From Capsulimonadaceae bacterium (GTDB lineage: Bacteria; Armatimonadota; Armatimonadia; Armatimonadales; Capsulimonadaceae): DNA of 64,000 nucleotides. The notes under the pieces are model-generated. The model was given only the letters and a program-made list of their open reading frames with translations. It searched no databases and had not been told where the DNA came from. How positions within the stretch are numbered: the stretch's first letter is position 1; every line of letters begins with the position of its first letter. The DNA lies in contig OZ244065.1 of assembly GCA_965215505.1 (NCBI GenBank), positions 4,192,001 to 4,256,000 on the forward strand, given 5' to 3'. Position numbers and translations under genes: made by a program. This document shows, in pieces, positions 58,558 to 64,000 of this stretch.

Positions 58558-59526
58558 TCATCTTTTTCCAGTCAAAATCGGTTTCATTGCTTGGCAAGCG
58601 GGCCTTGCCCATTTTGGAAGAACCTGAGACCGGCCTGTTGTATGATCTAATATAAGACGCGCTCGTTTTCTTGGTCTCTGTGCCTGGTATTTTTCTTCAT
58701 TCGCTTCTATTTCGCGCGAAATCATGTTGAACAAGTTATGATCGTTCAGCACGCGCCGCCTTGCTTCAGCGATGGCATCCATGTTACGCTCTCGTAAATC
58801 ACTGTTGATAACACCACGCAAAAAAGCAGTCGGGTTGGATGTTTCAGGGTCTAGCTGTATGTAGGAATTCTTTGGAAAGAAGCGATCTAATTCAGTACAG
58901 CCATAATAGATAGGCATTGTCCAAGCAAGGAAGCAATCCATGACCTTTTCACTCCAATAGTGACTATTGGAGTAGTTCTCAAAGGCAATGGAATAGCGGT
59001 ATGGTGCTAACCCCTCCCATTTGCCAGCTATCGGGGTATATCCACGGCCATAAAGGTCCAGTTCAGCCATTCCCCGAACTTTGTCTAGGAAAGTCAAACG
59101 GTATTTATGTCCAGTGAATAGTGAATTGTTACTTGTCACCCAGGAAAGGGGATGGGTTTTTTCGCAGGGGGGGCAGGTGCTGAGATAATCGTAGTCTTGA
59201 TCAACCCACCACGGTAGGTATGAGTAACTCAGGATGTGCTTATCACTCACTCTTCCCGAATCGGTCATGTAAGCCCGATCAATGTTTCCCCAAATTTTAT
59301 GCCAAGGTTCAGCGAGTTCATGTGGAGCCTCGCCCATCACAAGCCAAATATGCCCTTTGGGACACCTGACCCATGATGGCTTTTTTACATGACCATGAAC
59401 AACCACATAATCTGCTTCACCGGGTTCATCAATGATGAAGCGAATGCCGTTCCATATACCTTTGCCGCCTGGCGTCTGGCGAAAAAGATCCGGGTATTTC
59501 CAATATTTAAGAATCCGTACTAGCAT
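58558..59526 (-). CDS. GT10-family (alpha-1,3/4-fucosyltransferase-like) glycosyltransferase
   Basis: YRYSIAFEN....YWSEK..D......PIYYG. Confidence 0.85.
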   Translation of the reverse strand: MLVRILKYWKYPDLFRQTPGGKGIWNGIRFIIDEPGEADYVVVHGHVKKPSWVRCPKGHIWLVMGEAPHELAEPWHKIWGNIDRAYMTDSGRVSDKHILSYSYLPWWVDQDYDYLSTCPPCEKTHPLSWVTSNNSLFTGHKYRLTFLDKVRGMAELDLYGRGYTPIAGKWEGLAPYRYSIAFENYSNSHYWSEKVMDCFLAWTMPIYYGCTELDRFFPKNSYIQLDPETSNPTAFLRGVINSDLRERNMDAIAEARRRVLNDHNLFNMISREIEANEEKYQAQRPRKRARLILDHTTGRSQVLPKWARPACQAMKPILTGKR

Positions 59527-59585
59527 TGTTGCAGAAAGAAATCACATGCGGCATTGTTATGAAGGGCTATATCCATAATATGTTT

Positions 59586-60431
59586 TCAACCTTTTACACG
59601 TTGAAAGACAGGAAGATTATGAAAAACCCAGCGCTCTATATGCCTTCTAAAACGCCGTGGCCTAATGTTTGCGGAGAGTTTATAAGCTACCCTTAAAAGG
59701 GGGTGACTATAGAGTTGATCTAGTCGTACTTGATATGATTCTTTAGGGTCCAGTAGTTCAGGATGATCCTTATAAAATCTATCCCAATCTGTGCCAAAAT
59801 TAACATCAGTGCCATACTGAAGGGTAAGCCTACCATAATGATGCGCGAAGCTATCTACAAGGATAACTTCCAATCCAAAGTTCTTGAGGTTAAGGCTCGA
59901 CTCTATATCATTGAAGCATCCGCTGTATTTGCTGGATAGACCACCTATTTTCTCGAAAACCGTTCGTGGGAACACATTAAGATTATATGTCATCATGCCA
60001 GGGTAACAGTTATGCCTCACGGCATTACACGATGCCTCTTGTGCTATATAATCACACGATGAAAGGTAAGGGATCAAGCAACCAATTGGCAGATCAGGAT
60101 TGTTCTCTATGAATCTCTTAAATAAGGTGAAGGTGTCGGGGCAAACATAAATATCTGACGCCATAGTGACTACCCAATCTTCCGCTAGGCAGGCTACGCC
60201 ATTGTTGTATGCCTCTGAGAATGATAGGAGTCTCCCATAATGCTTATAAGTGACATCAATATCGCTACAGAACTTATGCAAATCCGCATCGTATTCCGCC
60301 GAACTATCCACGACAACTATTGAAGTTATTTCAACACAATTTTTGAGCAATGCAATAGCTAGTCTTGTTGACTGTCTGACTGAAAGAGGATGCTCCGGCC
60401 TTTGAAAATGATTTATAGCGACGCCAAACAT
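59586..60431 (-). CDS. Glycosyltransferase family 2-like
   Basis: VVVDSS, FSEAYN.G, SD and FEKIGG.....F.D. Confidence 0.7.
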   Translation of the reverse strand: MFGVAINHFQRPEHPLSVRQSTRLAIALLKNCVEITSIVVVDSSAEYDADLHKFCSDIDVTYKHYGRLLSFSEAYNNGVACLAEDWVVTMASDIYVCPDTFTLFKRFIENNPDLPIGCLIPYLSSCDYIAQEASCNAVRHNCYPGMMTYNLNVFPRTVFEKIGGLSSKYSGCFNDIESSLNLKNFGLEVILVDSFAHHYGRLTLQYGTDVNFGTDWDRFYKDHPELLDPKESYQVRLDQLYSHPLLRVAYKLSANIRPRRFRRHIERWVFHNLPVFQRVKG

Positions 60432-60462
60432 TAAAAAGCCTTTTTGACAAAGAAATGAAAAC

Positions 60463-61776
60463 TTATTCTGTAGCGACGAATGATGAGCTTTGTGCGTACA
60501 TTGAGTCTGCGTTATATTCCGCCTGTGTCGGCTCAGTTATGTCATCAGACATATATGCCTCACCCAAGAACAACCAGCCTGCTCCACTATAGTAATCTAT
60601 TGTTTGTCCGGTATCTGTTGGAGTGCCTTCAGCAAGGATGCGAACTGCATGTGGAATATCTGCCCAACCGGTGATACCGGGATCAGTCACAGCAAGATGA
60701 AGGTGATATTCTCCTCTATTTAATCTACTCGGCAATTCAACTGTTCTGGCGAGACAAAACGGTCCTGCGGCATGAACGGGCGTAAATCCTCTGTCATGAC
60801 CAGGGCTAAAGAGTCCTAATTGTGCTCCAAACAAATCAGTGATACGCGCCTCCATTTCAATCCGCATTGGTTGAGCAAGTTCACCATGTATTACAATACT
60901 GAGTGTTTGTTGTCCCGCCCTAAGATTAGTGCGATCACTGCTGGAATTATTGACAAGGATTGAATCAATTTTTACATCTTCGTGTACTGTGGTGGCATGA
61001 AGAGCAATCGATGATTGGCTTGATGATGCGCTAAGGTACTCATTTACACCTTGTTCTACTGAGCCACTATGAACTACTTTGCCAAACCTCAGTACTAGGC
61101 TCTTGTTACACAGTTGACGTACTGCCGCCATATTGTGGCTCACGAACAGCACAGTTCGCCCGCTCTGCGCCACGTCCTGCATCTTCCCCAGGCACTTCTT
61201 CTGGAACTCGGCGTCCCCCACCGCCAGCACCTCGTCCACGATCAGGATCTCGGGGTTCAGGTGGGCGGCCACGGCGAAGGCTAGACGGACGTACATGCCC
61301 GACGAGTAGCGCTTGACCGGGGTGTCCAGGAACTGCTCGACCCCGGAGAAGTCCACGATGGCGTCGAACTGCCGGGCGATCTCGGCCCGGCTCATGCCGA
61401 GGATCGCGCCGTTGAGGAAGATGTTCTCGCGGCCGGTCAGCTCGGCGTGGAACCCGGTCCCGACTTCCAGCAGGCTGCCGACGCGGCCGTAGAGGTCGAT
61501 GCGGCCCGAGGTCGGCTCGGTGATGCGCGAGAGGATCTTGAGCAGGGTGCTCTTGCCCGCGCCGTTGCGCCCGATGATGCCCACCACGTCGCCCTTCTGG
61601 ATGTCGAAGGAGACGTCGTTCAGCGCCCAGAACGTCTCGCGCTCCTCGCGGGCGAACGGGTGGCGCAGGCGGTGCATCAGGGCCTCGCCCGCCGTCGTGT
61701 GCTTGGCGGCGTTCTTCGCGATGGAGTAGGACTTGGACAGGCCGCGCACGGAGACGGCGACATCATTAGAGGGCAA
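60463..61776 (-). CDS. wzt: Polysaccharide ABC exporter ATP-binding subunit with C-terminal Wzt_C domain
   Basis: GRNGAGKST, YSSGM, IVDEVLAVGD and VSH. TTG start follows an AGGAG RBS. Confidence 0.93.
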   Translation of the reverse strand: MPSNDVAVSVRGLSKSYSIAKNAAKHTTAGEALMHRLRHPFAREERETFWALNDVSFDIQKGDVVGIIGRNGAGKSTLLKILSRITEPTSGRIDLYGRVGSLLEVGTGFHAELTGRENIFLNGAILGMSRAEIARQFDAIVDFSGVEQFLDTPVKRYSSGMYVRLAFAVAAHLNPEILIVDEVLAVGDAEFQKKCLGKMQDVAQSGRTVLFVSHNMAAVRQLCNKSLVLRFGKVVHSGSVEQGVNEYLSASSSQSSIALHATTVHEDVKIDSILVNNSSSDRTNLRAGQQTLSIVIHGELAQPMRIEMEARITDLFGAQLGLFSPGHDRGFTPVHAAGPFCLARTVELPSRLNRGEYHLHLAVTDPGITGWADIPHAVRILAEGTPTDTGQTIDYYSGAGWLFLGEAYMSDDITEPTQAEYNADSMYAQSSSFVATE

Positions 61777-63037
61777 GGCGGCTCTCCTTTCCAGGTCCGG
61801 CAAACCTCCACTGCGACTTGGGCACACGGTTCATAAACGGGGCTTCAAAGAGGTTAAAGAACAAAAACGCGATGCCGACGATGAAAGCAAAGCCGAAGGT
61901 ATCCAGGATCAGGAACCGGGCCGGCCCCGCAATATGCAGCACCTTTTTCAGCAGTTCGCTGACATAAAAGATCGTGTTCTGATGGATCAGAAAGATGCTG
62001 TACGAGATCGTGCCGAGCCAGACCACCCCCGTGCTCTCGAAAGGTTTCTTCAGGGGCGTCAGGGAGCCACACAGAGCGACAAGTGCGCCAGCGAAAGCCA
62101 CCGCAAGCAGCAGATCACGGATAGGTAAAAAAGCAAGCGATTTTGGCATGTCAGCCAGGGCAACGGCATAGACCACGAGGCCCACCGCCAGCATTGCCGA
62201 CCCGGTCCGGGCACTATAGGGCGCATCGGCGTGGATGGTGCGGGCAACGATCCAAGCGGCTGTCATCCCGGCGGCGAACTGCATCCAGCGGCCCAGGAAG
62301 AACACGGAGGGCAGGAACTGCATGATCCATGGGGAGTGCGCCGTCAGAACGCCCGCGACCACCCGGTAGATGATCGAGATCAGGGTCATGCCCGCCGCGA
62401 CCTTGATGCCATACCTCCGGTACGCGAGGACGACCAGCGGGAAGGCCACATAAAACTGTGCTTCCAGGCCCAGGGACCAGAAGGCCCCTTGGATGCCCGC
62501 CCATGTGTCTGCGAACAGAGTATGGATGAACAGCAGGTGGGTGACGTACTGCCAGAGCGAAGGCATATGCTGCCACTTGGCGGGCTGGTGCAGCAGACGA
62601 TAAACGCAGACCAACACGATGGGGAGCAGCGTGCAATAGACGATGGCCGCATAGTAGGGGGGGACGATGCGGTGTATCCGCCGCCTGGCGTAATCCTCCC
62701 AGGACCAGCCCGTGACCGACGCGGGCTTGATGCAGAGCGGCCAGAACAGGCAGAAGCCGCTGAGTACCATGAAGAGATCAACGCCCGCCGGGAAGCCCGC
62801 GAATACTGCCCCAAGACTAAAATGCCGCCCGAGGACGTGAGCGTCGAACCTCGGCGAGTTCCCGAACTCCCAGGTGTGGTAGCTGAACACCATGAACATG
62901 GCGAGCGCACGCATCCCATCCACCGCACGGATGCGCGGCTTCGTTCCAGGCACGGCGACGGAGACAGGAACGTCTAGATGCTCATGCCGAGGCAGGGTTG
63001 CCGCTGTTGATGGGAGGGTTGGAAGTTCAGATGACAT
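61766..63037 (-). CDS. Acyltransferase-3 family O-acyltransferase
   Basis: DGMRALA, GVDLFMVLSGF, RI.P.YY, WSL..E.QFY and G.ISYSIFL.H. Confidence 0.92.
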   Translation of the reverse strand: MSSELPTLPSTAATLPRHEHLDVPVSVAVPGTKPRIRAVDGMRALAMFMVFSYHTWEFGNSPRFDAHVLGRHFSLGAVFAGFPAGVDLFMVLSGFCLFWPLCIKPASVTGWSWEDYARRRIHRIVPPYYAAIVYCTLLPIVLVCVYRLLHQPAKWQHMPSLWQYVTHLLFIHTLFADTWAGIQGAFWSLGLEAQFYVAFPLVVLAYRRYGIKVAAGMTLISIIYRVVAGVLTAHSPWIMQFLPSVFFLGRWMQFAAGMTAAWIVARTIHADAPYSARTGSAMLAVGLVVYAVALADMPKSLAFLPIRDLLLAVAFAGALVALCGSLTPLKKPFESTGVVWLGTISYSIFLIHQNTIFYVSELLKKVLHIAGPARFLILDTFGFAFIVGIAFLFFNLFEAPFMNRVPKSQWRFAGPGKESRLAL

Positions 63038-63893
63038 CGGCGAACCTCCTTTCCATCTTCTTGAACGAGAACGCGCCGCCGAGGAAGACGAGGGCGGTCA
63101 CGCCCGCCGAGTAGCCGACCTGGGCGATGTCGAGGTGGCCCGTGCCGAGCAGGGACCAGCGGAACGCCTCCAGCAGCCCGGAGAGCGGGTTGAGGAAGTA
63201 GACGAAGCGCAGGTGGGGCGGCACGGCGGACACGGCGTAGGCGATGGGCGAGGCGTACAGGAGGAACTGAGTCAGGACCGGCAGGACGTACTGGACGTCG
63301 CGGTAGGTGACGGTCAGGGCGCTGGTGTAGAGGCCGACGCCGACGGACAGCAGGATGATGAGTGCGAGCCAGACCGGCAGCAGCAGCAGGCCCAGGCCCG
63401 GCACGACGTGGTAGGCGACCATCAGGACCACCATCATCGCAAGGGCGACGGCGAAGTCAATGAGGGTCGAGAAGACGGTGGACAGCGGCAGGACCAGGCG
63501 CGGGAAGTAGACCTTGGAGACGAGGTTTGCGTTCGCCACCAGGCAGCCGCTCGTCTTGGTGAGGGTCGAGGAGAAGGCGTTCCAGGCCAGCAGCCCGGCG
63601 AAGGAGAAGACGAAGTACGGGAGGCCGTCGGACGGGAGCTTGGCGACCTTGCCGAAGACGAACGAGAAGATGCCCGCCGCCAGGAGGGGCTGGAGCAGCA
63701 CCCAGAGCGCGCCGAGTGCTGTCTGCCGGTAGCGCAGCTTGACGTCGCGCTGGGCGAGGGTGGTCAGCAGGTCGCGGAACTGCCACAGCTCGCGCAGGTT
63801 GATGGCCTGCCACCCCGCCGTGGGCTGGATGGTGAGGTAGGGCCGCGCGGGCGCTGCCGTTTCGGGGATGCGGTTTTCAAGCGTGCTGGGCAT
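63027..63893 (-). CDS. wzm: Polysaccharide ABC exporter permease
   Basis: RDVKLRYRQT.LG..W, KVYFPR, YRDV and LNPL. Confidence 0.93.
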   Translation of the reverse strand: MPSTLENRIPETAAPARPYLTIQPTAGWQAINLRELWQFRDLLTTLAQRDVKLRYRQTALGALWVLLQPLLAAGIFSFVFGKVAKLPSDGLPYFVFSFAGLLAWNAFSSTLTKTSGCLVANANLVSKVYFPRLVLPLSTVFSTLIDFAVALAMMVVLMVAYHVVPGLGLLLLPVWLALIILLSVGVGLYTSALTVTYRDVQYVLPVLTQFLLYASPIAYAVSAVPPHLRFVYFLNPLSGLLEAFRWSLLGTGHLDIAQVGYSAGVTALVFLGGAFSFKKMERRFADVI

Positions 63894-63901
63894 ACGGTGA
63901 C

Positions 63902-63910
63902 ATTATACCA
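63902..63910 (-). promoter_or_regulatory. Extended -10 promoter (TGGTATAAT) for the wzm operon, probably near-leaderless
   Basis: TGnTATAAT ends 8 nt before the wzm ATG, and there is no SD in between. Confidence 0.55.
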
Positions 63911-64000
63911 TAGGTCGGCGGGCGCGGGCCGGGGGCCGGTTACAGGTGCGAGAGCGTGCCCAGGACGGACAGCGCGCCCAGGGAGGACAGGACGGAGCCG

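Overview
GC-rich bacterial chromosome segment. The lineage is probably Armatimonadota (Capsulimonas-like), inferred only from the style of the VPEAST PEP-CTERM tail and the gene content. It has five blocks. (1) 1-24.5 kb: a + strand carbohydrate-utilisation region with GH35, GH43, GH36/27, GH2, GH38, a frameshifted GH92 and a GH116-like enzyme, plus an SGNH protein, a candidate LecA-like lectin, a LacI regulator, PhyH, two Nif3 paralogues and a sugar porter. (2) 24.5-29 kb: a decaying, tandem-repeat-rich island with an RHH-like gene and a large serine recombinase interrupted by in-frame stops. (3) 29-32.8 kb: msrB, a D-aminoacylase and an APC permease. (4) 32.9-37.8 kb: the most interesting locus, on the - strand. 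It encodes an HprK-like kinase, a PEP-CTERM protein, a PqqD/RRE domain fused to an internal Tat signal and a Cys-rich peptide, a secreted PEP-CTERM paralogue carrying the same Cys-rich tail in place of an anchor, and a nucleotidyltransferase. This is a candidate cyclase-free RiPP or protein-tag modification system. (5) 38-64 kb: an O-antigen-ligase-like gene and a large Wzm/Wzt-dependent surface polysaccharide cluster with traces of cassette exchange. All family calls come from motif recognition by eye; no searches were run.
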